Source of the DNA: an uncultured Chlamydiaceae bacterium
GTDB lineage: Bacteria; Chlamydiota; Chlamydiia; Chlamydiales; JAAKFR01
Assembly: GCA_942490925.1 (NCBI GenBank)
Contig: CALNYX010000017.1
Location: 1,345,159-1,409,158, forward strand
Length of the DNA: 64,000 nucleotides
Reading direction: 5' to 3'
Positions 26,874-36,514 of this stretch are shown piece after piece. The notes beneath the pieces were generated by a model. It was not told the origin of the DNA and searched no databases. It was given only the letters and a program-made list of their open reading frames with translations. The translations under genes were made by a program, and so were the position numbers. The first letter of the stretch is position 1; every line of letters begins with the position of its first letter.

Positions 26874-28076
26874 ATGTATTCAAAAAATCAAGGCAGTGTT
26901 TTAGGGGGAATTCTTCTCGTAGCGGGAAGCTGTATCGGAGCAGGAATGCTCGCTCTACCAGTCATAACCGGTGTTGGGGGATTTGGTCCCGCAATGGTTC
27001 TTTTTCTAGCCGCGTGGCTCTTCATGGTCATTACCGGCTTTCTACTCCTTGAGGTCAATCTAACACTCGGATATCGCCTTAGTCTTGTCTCGCTAGCTGA
27101 AAAGACGCTCGGCTCGTTCGGTAAAATTTTAAGTTGGGTCCTCTTTCTCTTTCTTTTCTACTCTCTGAGCGTTGCTTATATCTCGGCTAGCGGTGAGATC
27201 CTGCAGTCGATAGCCTCCGATCTATTTGGTGTGACGCTCTCCAGCGCAACTGGGGGAATTTTATTCACAGCCTTTTTTGGCATTATTCTCTACGCTGGGG
27301 TGCGCCAAGTCGATCTTGTCAACCGCCTATTGATGCTCGGACTGATTGTCACCTACTTAGCTCTCGTGTTTTTGGGCTCTCGCTACATCAGCCTAGATAA
27401 CCTGATGGCACATGAGTGGAAGTATGCCTTTGCAGCGATGCCGATTTTGATCATTTCATTTGGATTTCATAACATGATTCCAAGCTTAGCAATGTACTTG
27501 AAAGGGGATGCTAAACGACTTCGACTCACGCTATTTATTGGAAGTGTCATTCCGCTTGCGATCTACTTTGTCTGGCAGGTTGTCATGCTTGGCATGATTC
27601 CCATTGACGAAAGGGCGATTGCTTTGACAAATGGAGAGGTTGCTACGACAACATTGCGAGCTGTCACAGGTCGCGGATGGATTAATACAGCCGCGCAATT
27701 TTTTGCCCTGTTTGCAATCACCACCTCCTTTTTGGCTCAGTCACTGAGTTTAGTTGACTTTCTTGCCGATGGCATGAAAATGGCAAAACAGGGGCTCAAA
27801 CGTCTTTTCCTTATTGGATTGACACTTGTGCCACCGCTACTTTTTGCGCTACTTAATCCAGGGATTTTCATCCGTGCCATTCAGGTTGCTGGAGGCCTTT
27901 CAGCTGTGATCCTATTTGGTGTCATGCCGGCGCTTATGGTTTGGGTATTGCGCCGAGAAAAGCCGCAAGTTACCGTCAGCCGTCTTGTGCTGTCGACCGT
28001 TCTGATTGTTGGAGCGAGCATTTTTCTAGTTGAAATTGCGGGTGAGCTTGGGCTTCCCCTACTACCGAGGGTCTGA
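26874..28076 (+). CDS. tyrP: Aromatic amino acid (Tyr/Trp) permease, HAAAP family, copy 1
   Basis: About 11 TM helices, with an N-terminal [20 protein letters not shown] block typical of TyrP/Mtr/TnaB. Confidence 0.8.
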   Translation: MYSKNQGSVLGGILLVAGSCIGAGMLALPVITGVGGFGPAMVLFLAAWLFMVITGFLLLEVNLTLGYRLSLVSLAEKTLGSFGKILSWVLFLFLFYSLSVAYISASGEILQSIASDLFGVTLSSATGGILFTAFFGIILYAGVRQVDLVNRLLMLGLIVTYLALVFLGSRYISLDNLMAHEWKYAFAAMPILIISFGFHNMIPSLAMYLKGDAKRLRLTLFIGSVIPLAIYFVWQVVMLGMIPIDERAIALTNGEVATTTLRAVTGRGWINTAAQFFALFAITTSFLAQSLSLVDFLADGMKMAKQGLKRLFLIGLTLVPPLLFALLNPGIFIRAIQVAGGLSAVILFGVMPALMVWVLRREKPQVTVSRLVLSTVLIVGASIFLVEIAGELGLPLLPRV

Positions 28077-29254
28077 TGTTAGGAAAAACTAATCGATTAA
28101 TTGGAGCGATTCTACTTGTTAGCGGTACAACAGTTGGAGCTGGAATGTTGGCTCTACCTGTCACAACAGGCTTAGCTGGCTTTATACCAGCACTACTCAT
28201 TATGCTTCTCATTTGGGCCTTCATGATGCTGACGGCCTTTTATTTCCTTGAGGTGAACCTGCGTATGCCAGGTGAGAGTAATCTCATCTCCATGGTAGGC
28301 AAAACTCTTGGCACTACAGGACAGGTGATATCCTGGGTTTTCTACCTCCTTTTGCTCTATGCACTCATGACAGCCTACCTGATGGGATGCAGTCAAATTT
28401 TAGGAGATCTTATTCCTATTCCTCAGTGGACATGGGCTCTGATTCTCTTTGCGGCATTTGCCCTCTTCATTTACTTTGGTACCCAAGCAACAGATATGCT
28501 CAATCGTATCTTTATCCTTGGAATGGTTATCACCTATATCTGTGTTGTTGCCTTTGGATGTTGTAAAGTAGAGCCTCCACTTTTGTTGCACTTCAACTGG
28601 AACTACTTCCTCCCCTCCCTTTCTGTTGTGCTCACTACTTTCGGGTATCACATCATCATTCCTACGCTTAGTACCTACCTTGAGCACGATGTAAAATCAC
28701 TCAAAAAAGCCATTTTCATTGGGAGCTTGCTTCCACTTGTGATCTATATCTTGTGGCAGTTTGTTGTCATGGGCATTGTCCCTTCAGAAAGTCTGCACAT
28801 CGCTGCCGAGCAAGGAGTGCAAGTCACCTTCTTTTTGAAAAAGCAGCTCATGGTACAGTGGATCGGTGAAGCACTTCGTCTTTTCGCCCTTTGCGCCATT
28901 GTAACGTCTCTTTTAGGCGTTTCATTGAGCCTCACAGACTTTTTATCTGATGGCCTTCATATTAAACGGACACATTGGGGTAAGTTTTTAATCGTGCTGC
29001 TCACCTTCTGCCCACCGCTCTTTTTCACTCTTTTCTATCCTGAAGGGTTTATTGCAGCGCTTCGTTATGCAGGTATTTTTGTTGTCATCTTGCTTGCTCT
29101 TCTACCAGCGCTCATGGCTTGGTTTGAGAGGTATCGGGAAGAGAAAGAGAACCTCTTTGTCAAATCCCGCTTTAAAGTCCCTGGCGGAAAACCAGTCGTA
29201 TTGTTTACCATCCTCTTTTCTATCGTACTACTTGGATTTGAGCTTTTCATATGA
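28076..29254 (+). CDS. tyrP: Aromatic amino acid (Tyr/Trp) permease, HAAAP family, copy 2
   Basis: Tandem paralogue ([20 protein letters not shown]). Its start overlaps the copy-1 stop by 1 nt (TGATG, TGA 28074-28076 and ATG 28076-28078), and its stop overlaps the trpS start. Confidence 0.8.
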   Translation: MLGKTNRLIGAILLVSGTTVGAGMLALPVTTGLAGFIPALLIMLLIWAFMMLTAFYFLEVNLRMPGESNLISMVGKTLGTTGQVISWVFYLLLLYALMTAYLMGCSQILGDLIPIPQWTWALILFAAFALFIYFGTQATDMLNRIFILGMVITYICVVAFGCCKVEPPLLLHFNWNYFLPSLSVVLTTFGYHIIIPTLSTYLEHDVKSLKKAIFIGSLLPLVIYILWQFVVMGIVPSESLHIAAEQGVQVTFFLKKQLMVQWIGEALRLFALCAIVTSLLGVSLSLTDFLSDGLHIKRTHWGKFLIVLLTFCPPLFFTLFYPEGFIAALRYAGIFVVILLALLPALMAWFERYREEKENLFVKSRFKVPGGKPVVLFTILFSIVLLGFELFI

Positions 29255-30288
29255 AAAAACGGATACTAACAGGCGATCGTCCAACAGGCAAACTCCACCT
29301 TGGACATTACATCGGCTCAATCAAAAACCGCGTGGCCTTGCAAGATGAGTACGACTGCTTTTTTCTCATTGCAGACTTGCATACACTCACCACCAAGCCT
29401 CGCAAAGAACAGATCTTAGAGATGCGCTCACACATCCATGACACTGTTCTGGACTGGCTTGCTTGTGGTATTGATCCTGAAAAGTCGGTCATCTACTTGC
29501 AATCCGCTGTTCATGAGATCTATGAACTCAACCTGCTGTTTGAAATGCTTGTCTCTGTCAATCGCCTAACCGGCCTGCCGAGCCTCAAGGAGATGGCGCG
29601 CAACGCCCACATCGATGAGCAGAGCATCTCGTTTGGCCTCATTGGCTACCCTGTTTTGCAAACAGCTGACATCCTACTTCCAAAAGCGCATCTCGTCCCT
29701 GTTGGAAAAGACAACGAAGCGCATATTGAGCTAGCGCGCGACATTGCAAGGCGCTTTAATCAATACTACGAAGATCTCTTTCCACCTCCCGAAGTACTCC
29801 TGTCAGAAACACCAACACTTATTGGCACCGATGGCAAAGGAAAAATGAGTAAATCGGCAGGTAACTGCATCTACCTCTCTGATGATGCTAAAACCGTTGA
29901 GAAAAAAGTGCGTGGCATGTTTACAGACTCGAACCGCGTGCATGCAAACGTTCCGGGCACAATTGAAGGGAATCCTCTTTTTATTTTCCATGATCTGTTT
30001 AACCCCAACAAAGATGAAGTTGCTGAATTTAAAAAGCGCTACCAGCAAGGGAATATTGGTGATGTAGAGATCAAAACGCGTCTTGCACAAGAGCTCAACA
30101 CGTTTTTAGAGCCGCTTCGTGAAAGAAGACGTCACTTTGAAGAGCAAAAGCACTATGTCGAAAAAGTGATCTATGAAGGAACACTAAAAATGAGTGAAGT
30201 TGCCAAAGCGACCCTTAAAGAGGTGCGTGCAGCAATGGGATTGACCGGCGCTTGGAACAAAATTTCTCGTTTAGCGCGTAAGCTTTGA
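29251..30288 (+). CDS. trpS: Tryptophanyl-tRNA synthetase
   Basis: The HIGH-type motif (GKLHLGHY) and KMSKS are both present. 345 aa. Confidence 0.95.
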   Translation: MKKRILTGDRPTGKLHLGHYIGSIKNRVALQDEYDCFFLIADLHTLTTKPRKEQILEMRSHIHDTVLDWLACGIDPEKSVIYLQSAVHEIYELNLLFEMLVSVNRLTGLPSLKEMARNAHIDEQSISFGLIGYPVLQTADILLPKAHLVPVGKDNEAHIELARDIARRFNQYYEDLFPPPEVLLSETPTLIGTDGKGKMSKSAGNCIYLSDDAKTVEKKVRGMFTDSNRVHANVPGTIEGNPLFIFHDLFNPNKDEVAEFKKRYQQGNIGDVEIKTRLAQELNTFLEPLRERRRHFEEQKHYVEKVIYEGTLKMSEVAKATLKEVRAAMGLTGAWNKISRLARKL

Positions 30289-30346
30289 GAAATCTCTGAA
30301 TTTTGACAAAAATCTCGACACTCCAATAGGGGTTTCTTGACAGATA

Positions 30347-31342
30347 GTGATAATTTATTTTACAACGATTGTTGTGAAAAAATTCTTTACCATTCTTCTT
30401 CTTTTTTGCGGCACTATTCTAAAGGCTGATTGTTGCGACGATCGTGGTTACTTCCAGTTTTCTGGCGAATGGCTCTACTTTATCCCCTCTTTTGATCAAT
30501 CGGAATATATTGTTAAAGGTGGAGTTGGCTCAGACTCTACTGGTCTGACTGAGCGCCTCGGTGTTGATCAATCATTTGCTTCTGGCTATCGCCTCGAGGG
30601 CGTCTACTTACTTTGCAATCGGCAAAATGCTTTTGCCTTTCGCTATACACAATTCCATGATGTCCCTAAAAGTTCAGTTGGAAGCTCAGCCAACGACTTA
30701 TTACCGATTATCGGAATTCCTGGTCTAATTTCAAATCAAGGAGCATCAGGAAATGCATTGTTTCAAAGAGATTATAACTACTATTCGATAGAAGGACTCT
30801 ATAGGCTCTGCTGCTTAGAAGCCTGTTGTACGCAGACAAAATTACTCATTGGAGTTGAGTACAATCACCTCCATATCAAAGAAGAGGGGCGGTTTCCTGG
30901 ACAAACTAACTTCGTCGTGGATAACGACATGCAAGCCTTCCAGCTCGGACCAGAGTTTGCTCTTGAAGCCTGTTGGGATTTCTCTGACTGTTTGAGCCTT
31001 CTTGGGCGCGCTCAAGGATCGATCTTTTCCACGTGGAACCGCTCAAAATTGACGAGTTCGAGTCAAAATGCCGTACTGCTCATCAAAAATAAACCGAATT
31101 TTTGGCACGTAACACCCGCTTGGGGTGCACGTCTTGGCCTCTCAGCGGACCACTTGATCACTTTACCTCGTTGTTGGGGAGCGTGCGGCTTTCATATTGA
31201 AGCTGGCTACGAATGGTACCTTGCGATGGACGCTGTTGATCGGATCTATTTTGTTGATAGTAGCGCCAGCGGATTTTCCCTCAATGAGTGGTCGAACTTC
31301 ACCCTTCAGGGACCTTATGTCCGCATAAACCTATCTTTCTAA
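30347..31342 (+). CDS. Cysteine-rich putative outer-membrane beta-barrel protein
   Basis: Signal-like N-terminus (KKFFTILLLFCGTILKA) and about 12 Cys, including CC doublets (DCCDD, LCCLEACC). Beta-strand-like alternation is seen, and the protein ends in YVRINLSF (terminal Phe). The start within the first 10 codons is uncertain. Confidence 0.55.
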   Translation: MIIYFTTIVVKKFFTILLLFCGTILKADCCDDRGYFQFSGEWLYFIPSFDQSEYIVKGGVGSDSTGLTERLGVDQSFASGYRLEGVYLLCNRQNAFAFRYTQFHDVPKSSVGSSANDLLPIIGIPGLISNQGASGNALFQRDYNYYSIEGLYRLCCLEACCTQTKLLIGVEYNHLHIKEEGRFPGQTNFVVDNDMQAFQLGPEFALEACWDFSDCLSLLGRAQGSIFSTWNRSKLTSSSQNAVLLIKNKPNFWHVTPAWGARLGLSADHLITLPRCWGACGFHIEAGYEWYLAMDAVDRIYFVDSSASGFSLNEWSNFTLQGPYVRINLSF

Positions 31343-31369
31343 GGCCTGTTTTTCTAAAATAGCGGGCAA

Positions 31370-33343
31370 ATGCCAGCTTTTGAACTCAATACAGACTTTG
31401 CTCCTTGCGGTGACCAGCCGCAAGCAATAGAGAGACTTGTTGCAGGTTTGCAACAAGATAAGCCTGCCCAGGTCCTCCGTGGAGTTACAGGCTCTGGCAA
31501 AACCTTCACGATGGCCAATATTGTAGCGGCTGTGCAAAAGCCAACGCTTGTCCTGGCTCACAATAAAACACTTGCCGCGCAACTCTACCAGGAATTCAAA
31601 AACTTTTTCCCTAATAACGCCGTTGAGTACTTTGTCTCCTACTACGACTACTATCAACCAGAAGCCTACCTTCCACGCACCGACACCTACATCGAAAAAG
31701 ATCTCTCCATCAATGATGAAATTGATCAGATGCGTCTTTCTGCAACGCGCTCTCTTTTCGAGCGGGATGATGTACTCATTGTAGCTTCTGTTTCTTGCAT
31801 CTACGGCTTGGGAATGCCCGAGCACTATGCTCAGATGAACCTCGTCTTTGAAGTGGGTAAACAGCAGAGGCGCGATGAGATGCTCTTGCATCTGATTGAG
31901 ATGCACTATAAGTGCAACGATCACGATTTTTTCCGCGGGATCTTCCGAGTGCGTGGCGATGTCATTGAAATCTATCCCGCCTATGAAGCTGACTTGGCTC
32001 TTCGCATCGAATTTTTCGATGATGAAGTGGAGCGGATTAGTGAAATCGACCCCTTGACGGGGAAGGTGATCAAGCGGCTTGACAAGGTCACACTCTACCC
32101 CGGCTCACACCACGTCACACCCGCGCAAATCCGTTTCCAAGCGATTGAAACCATCCGCGCCGAGCTGGGCGAGAGAATAGCACACTTTGAAAAAGAGCAG
32201 ATGCTCGTTGAAGAGCAACGGATTCGTCAACGGACGCTTTACGACCTTGAGATGATCAAAGAGGTTGGTTTTTGCAAAGGGATTGAAAACTACTCACGTC
32301 ATTTTTCAGGAAGGCCTCCTGGAGGCTCACCTCCCACACTGCTCGACTACTTCCCTGACGATTTTCTCTTCTTCATCGATGAGTCGCACCAGTCGATTCC
32401 CCAGCTGCACGCCATGTATAATGGCGATAAAGCGCGTAAACAGGCCCTTGTCGATTTTGGATTTCGCCTCCCTTCAGCCTATGACAATAGACCCCTTAGG
32501 TTTGAAGAGACCTACTCCCATTTTCACCGTGTGATCTATGTCTCCGCAACACCAGGTCCTTGGGAGATTCAAGAGGCTGAAGGAGAGGTTGTTGAGCAAG
32601 TAATTCGCCCTACTGGACTTTTGGATCCACCAATCGAAATCCGCCCCGCACAGGGACAAGTCGATGATGTACTCGATGAAATCAGACGGCATACAGAGAG
32701 TGGCGGCCGCGTTTTGGTGACAACACTGACCAAAAGACTCTCCGAAGATCTCGCAAAATACCTCCTTGAGCTCGATGTCAAAGCCAAGTATCTCCACTCC
32801 GATATCGACACCCTTGAGCGCGTTCAAATCTTACGCGATTTACGCTTAGGAAAATTCGATGTACTCGTCGGGATCAACCTGCTTAGAGAGGGACTTGACC
32901 TACCAGAAGTTTCGCTAGTTGCGATCTTGGATGCTGATAAACAAGGGTTTTTGCGCAGTGAAACAGCTCTAGTACAGACTTGTGGAAGAGCGGCGCGTAA
33001 TGTAGAGGGGCGTGTAATCATGTATGCTGATAAAATGACCCCTGCAATTCGTAATACACTCCATATTACCGAGATGCGCCGCAAAAAGCAGATGGAATAT
33101 AATAAAAAGCACGGGATTACACCTCGGACAATTCAGCGTGATTTGGGCACTGAAATGGGGCTTGGCAAAGAGGAAGAGGAGATTTTAGAGGAGCAGCGCG
33201 AGAGTTATCTTACTTCTAAAGAGATTGAGGCGAAGATTAAAGAGTATGAAAAAGCGATGCAACAGTCTGCTAAGAGTTATGATTTTGAAGAGGCTGCTCG
33301 TTTTCGTGATTTAATGCATAAGTATCAAAAGTTATTAATGTAG
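31370..33343 (+). CDS. uvrB: Excinuclease ABC subunit B
   Basis: Walker A GVTGSGKT, a DESH box, helicase C blocks and a C-terminal UVR domain (YDFEEAARFRDLM). Confidence 0.95.
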   Translation: MPAFELNTDFAPCGDQPQAIERLVAGLQQDKPAQVLRGVTGSGKTFTMANIVAAVQKPTLVLAHNKTLAAQLYQEFKNFFPNNAVEYFVSYYDYYQPEAYLPRTDTYIEKDLSINDEIDQMRLSATRSLFERDDVLIVASVSCIYGLGMPEHYAQMNLVFEVGKQQRRDEMLLHLIEMHYKCNDHDFFRGIFRVRGDVIEIYPAYEADLALRIEFFDDEVERISEIDPLTGKVIKRLDKVTLYPGSHHVTPAQIRFQAIETIRAELGERIAHFEKEQMLVEEQRIRQRTLYDLEMIKEVGFCKGIENYSRHFSGRPPGGSPPTLLDYFPDDFLFFIDESHQSIPQLHAMYNGDKARKQALVDFGFRLPSAYDNRPLRFEETYSHFHRVIYVSATPGPWEIQEAEGEVVEQVIRPTGLLDPPIEIRPAQGQVDDVLDEIRRHTESGGRVLVTTLTKRLSEDLAKYLLELDVKAKYLHSDIDTLERVQILRDLRLGKFDVLVGINLLREGLDLPEVSLVAILDADKQGFLRSETALVQTCGRAARNVEGRVIMYADKMTPAIRNTLHITEMRRKKQMEYNKKHGITPRTIQRDLGTEMGLGKEEEEILEEQRESYLTSKEIEAKIKEYEKAMQQSAKSYDFEEAARFRDLMHKYQKLLM

Positions 33344-33382
33344 ATTTTGTTGAAAAACTCTTTTGAACTTAAGAGGCCTTTT

Positions 33383-33403
33383 GACCACGGCTCTGCCGTG
33401 GTT
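33383..33403. repeat. GGC-NNN-GCC hairpin (member 1)
   Basis: (G)ACCACGGC-tct-GCCGTGGT(T), between the uvrB stop and the transposase stop. Confidence 0.6.
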
Positions 33404-33406
33404 CAT

Positions 33407-34270
33407 TCAGATGGCTAGAGCATTCATTTTATTGAGTAATAGGCAGCGAAGGTGATTTTCAACACTCTGACTATCAGATCTTTTTGAAAATAACCTAGAG
33501 CCAAAGAGCCTTTTCATTCTTGAGAAGGCTGATTCAACAAGAGCTCTTCGGCTATATCCCGTCATTTTACTCCACAAAGATTTAGCAACTTGATCCCCAC
33601 CTAATGCTCGGATGATGCGCAATGCATCATCCCGATCTGGATCTTTGTTTCGTATTCGACCATTCTTGGGTGGAGGGATGAGCCCTCGAGCACCTCTTTT
33701 TGTAATAGCCTCTCTAGAAGCTCTTCCATCATATGCACCATCAGCCAAAACAGTATCTACAGAATCACTCACTTGGCTGAGGAGAACCTCAGTCATTTGA
33801 CCATCGTGTACATGCCCTTGAGTTGTTGTTTGAGCTACAATTTCCCCAGTATCCGTATCGACTGCTATATGGATTTTTACCCATCGCCGTCGTTTTGACT
33901 TTCCATGAATTTTAACCTTCCATTCTCCCTCCCCATAGACTTTAACTCCAGAAGCATCGATAGCAACAACAGAAGCATTTGACTGGCTTAAAGCAGGGAG
34001 CTTCAATTTTCTAGCTCTCTTGCATATCAATGAGTAAGAAGGAATGGAATATTTTGTAAATGACTCAGCAAAGCCTTGCAGAGCCCTATAAGCCAAATGG
34101 TAATGAATCTTGACCATCATAAGCATGGTAATCAAAGAATCGGAGAAAATCTGAGGTCTGCCACCAGTTTTAGACTTTTTGTTTTTGAACAACTTAGGGT
34201 CGATGAGAAAAGTAATGCTTCCCCTTTGAACTAGCTGTTTGTTATATTGCTTCCAATTGCGTTTACGCAT
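33407..34270 (-). CDS. DDE transposase (IS4/IS5 type)
   Basis: 287 aa with an N-terminal MRKRNWKQYNKQLVQRGS. Catalytic-region blocks are AIDASGVKV, LADGAYD and ESAFSRMKRLFG. Confidence 0.85.
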   Translation of the reverse strand: MRKRNWKQYNKQLVQRGSITFLIDPKLFKNKKSKTGGRPQIFSDSLITMLMMVKIHYHLAYRALQGFAESFTKYSIPSYSLICKRARKLKLPALSQSNASVVAIDASGVKVYGEGEWKVKIHGKSKRRRWVKIHIAVDTDTGEIVAQTTTQGHVHDGQMTEVLLSQVSDSVDTVLADGAYDGRASREAITKRGARGLIPPPKNGRIRNKDPDRDDALRIIRALGGDQVAKSLWSKMTGYSRRALVESAFSRMKRLFGSRLFSKRSDSQSVENHLRCLLLNKMNALAI

Positions 34271-34350
34271 CCTGAGACTCCTTGTAGCTGTGATTAGCCA
34301 AGGAGTTTCTTTTTTTTAAGGAATTTTTATCAATAGCTTCCGCGAGTTTA

Positions 34351-34369
34351 GGTCAGGCTCCGCCTGCCC
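34351..34369. repeat. GGC-NNN-GCC hairpin (member 2)
   Basis: GGtCAGGC-tcc-GCCTGcCC. Confidence 0.5.
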
Positions 34370-34383
34370 AAAACATCACGTCC

Positions 34384-34412
34384 AGCAAGCTGAGGCAAAG
34401 CCTCAGCTTGCT
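34384..34412. repeat. GGC-NNN-GCC hairpin (member 3, 13-bp perfect stem)
   Basis: AGCAAGCTGAGGC-aaa-GCCTCAGCTTGCT. Confidence 0.7.
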
Positions 34413-34421
34413 ACCTGAAAG

Positions 34422-34444
34422 AAGCAGCGGCGGAGCCGCTGCTT
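34422..34444. repeat. GGC-NNN-GCC hairpin (member 4, 10-bp perfect stem)
   Basis: AAGCAGCGGC-gga-GCCGCTGCTT followed by TT; it could act as a weak + strand terminator. Confidence 0.65.
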
Positions 34445-34549
34445 TTGAAGGGAAATGTCTACTTGCTCTCTCGGGCTTTTGAAACACAGTCATTAATGTA
34501 GTCTTTAAAAAGCGTGTAATATATCATATCTATAAAACTAGGTAAAAAG

Positions 34550-36445
34550 ATGTTTAAAGTTAATTATTTAGATGATATAGTCCCTCAAGTTAATTGTTCA
34601 GATGATACAGTTCCTCTTCTCTGTCCAGATGCTCAAAGAAGTGCTCAAGCAGAGAGTGTAACTTCTGTTTACGAACGCCATGTTCTAAGAAAGCTCTCTG
34701 GACATCAGAAGCCAATTATCAGTTGCTTAAAGATTAATGATGAAAGGGTAATGACCAGTTCAGGCGATGGCACTGTGCGCGTGTGGGACCTGAAAGGTCA
34801 TGAACCACCTACTATTCTGCGCATCAAGCAGGGGTGCCTTTTGTGGGCGCAGCTTCATGATGGTAGAATCCTTTCTTCAACCCCTTGTAGAAAACAACTC
34901 CATTGGTGGTCAATTGAGCCTTTTGAGCTGCAAAAGAGTTATGGGACCTTCGGGGCAGTAAGCGCAGCGATTGAGTTGACTGTTTTCCCAAATAGCGTTG
35001 CCTATGGGACTGAAATGGGAAAAATTGTCATTTTAAATTACGAAAGAGGGTGTGCACTAAAGGTTATTGATCAGGCTCACAAAGGACCAATTAATTGCCT
35101 CTACCAGCTTAGTGGCCATCAACTTCTTTCATCTGCGCGTGATGATAAGACTATCCATTGGGACATGAATGATTTTACACAGCTTTCAAAAAAAGGGGGG
35201 GTAGAGACGTTGTGTTGCCTAGAGATAAATGGATGCATCGTAACAGGTGGGAGTGATGATACTTTGCGTAGCGGCGATACAGTTGTTCAAAGCAATGATC
35301 GAATCTATGCTCTTCGAAAAATTGATGAGCGTTATTTTGCCTCAGCCTCAAATACTTCTAGAGTCCAAGTGTGGGATTTCCAGACGCTTGAACAAGTTGC
35401 CTGTTTAAAAGGGCATATTGGTACAGTATGTGGAGTTTTTAGCGTGAGCAATGGCTCAATTGCTTCATTTGGGTATGATGATCCCTTACTATATGTTTGG
35501 TCAGCGGCAAGTCAAGTTGACCCTTCCGGCTATGTTCTCCCTGAAAGTGATGCCAAAATAGCAGCGGTCATCACAAGTGGAGAACTTTTTCAAAATTTCT
35601 CATATGTTCAGTTGCTAGCCGGGGATAATGTAAAGCAGATTGTCAGTATAAACGCCCATCGAATGATTTGCTGTCTCAAATCAGGAGGATTTTGCTTTCT
35701 AGAAAGTCAAGGGGTGAGCAAGGTTTATTTAGGTGATAACACGATTCTACTCTCACCTTGGGATGATCAGCAAGCCGTAATTGGATTGGATGGGAAAGTC
35801 CTGGCTATATGGAACTTTGCACAGAAGAAGGCAGTACATCGTACTGTAGGGCCTAAGGAGAAAAGCATCAGTTGTGTTTTGCCTGTCAGTTCTGAAAACA
35901 TTGCTTTTGGCTGCACAGATGGAAGTGTTTGGGTTTGGAATCTCAATTCACAGAACTGCAGATTACTGAAAAAAAATCAACACGCAGGACCTGTAAGAAA
36001 ATTAGTGCTGGGGCTAAATGGGGCATTTATGTCTGTTGGAGAAGATAAGACCCTCTATTGGAGTCTAGGAAATGATCCTAAGGAGAAAACGGAGTGTTAT
36101 GCACTCTGTTTACCAAGTGGGAATGTGATCTACCGCCCTGAAAAATCAATGCTACTTTTTACAGCTCTTGGCCAGGCTTTACATACATTTAGTTACAAGG
36201 GAGGCGCTGTCGTAAAAGCGATTCCGCTTGCTGGTAGTGATAAGCTTTTTGCAACAGCTTCAGAAGATGGAACGATCTGTATTTGGAATATTGAAAAGAG
36301 AAATCCCCTGGCAACGCTGAGAGGGAATAATACTTTCCTCTCAGACCTTGTTCAAAGGTCTGATGGTTGCCTGATCGCTTGTGGTAATAAGGGAGTCGAT
36401 AGATTCACTTTTGCTCTTCCAAAGAAGAAGAGCTGGTTCAAATAA
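34550..36445 (+). CDS. WD40/beta-propeller repeat protein (eukaryote-like)
   Basis: 631 aa with recurrent WD-type units (GHQKPIISCL...SSGDGTVRVWDL; HKGPINCLYQL...SSARDDKTIHWDM; GHIGTVCGVF...; ASEDGTICIWNI). Confidence 0.8.
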   Translation: MFKVNYLDDIVPQVNCSDDTVPLLCPDAQRSAQAESVTSVYERHVLRKLSGHQKPIISCLKINDERVMTSSGDGTVRVWDLKGHEPPTILRIKQGCLLWAQLHDGRILSSTPCRKQLHWWSIEPFELQKSYGTFGAVSAAIELTVFPNSVAYGTEMGKIVILNYERGCALKVIDQAHKGPINCLYQLSGHQLLSSARDDKTIHWDMNDFTQLSKKGGVETLCCLEINGCIVTGGSDDTLRSGDTVVQSNDRIYALRKIDERYFASASNTSRVQVWDFQTLEQVACLKGHIGTVCGVFSVSNGSIASFGYDDPLLYVWSAASQVDPSGYVLPESDAKIAAVITSGELFQNFSYVQLLAGDNVKQIVSINAHRMICCLKSGGFCFLESQGVSKVYLGDNTILLSPWDDQQAVIGLDGKVLAIWNFAQKKAVHRTVGPKEKSISCVLPVSSENIAFGCTDGSVWVWNLNSQNCRLLKKNQHAGPVRKLVLGLNGAFMSVGEDKTLYWSLGNDPKEKTECYALCLPSGNVIYRPEKSMLLFTALGQALHTFSYKGGAVVKAIPLAGSDKLFATASEDGTICIWNIEKRNPLATLRGNNTFLSDLVQRSDGCLIACGNKGVDRFTFALPKKKSWFK

Positions 36446-36514
36446 GCGCGATAAACTTTTCCTGCATACCAGGATCGACTCAAGACACATAAAATTTGAA
36501 ATACAGGGTTTGCT

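Larger units (their letters stand above)
33344..34549 (-). mobile_element. IS4/IS5-superfamily insertion sequence (maximal interval; ends unresolved)
   Basis: A single intact DDE transposase ORF lies between uvrB and the WD40 gene. I could not find convincing terminal inverted repeats or target duplications by eye. Confidence 0.6.

Noticed and set aside
26695-26904. Possible Trp-responsive leader peptide or attenuator upstream of the permease-trpS operon (an ORF with one Trp codon; AGAAAC...GTTTCT pairings followed by CTTTTT).
   Set aside because: There is only a single Trp codon, and the stems are 5-6 bp with a 16-nt loop. This is not distinguishable from chance.
33344-34340. Terminal inverted repeats and target-site duplication of the IS.
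   Set aside because: I could find only weak matches (for example GAAAAACTCTT versus the reverse complement AGAAACTCCTT). I therefore do not claim the IS boundaries.
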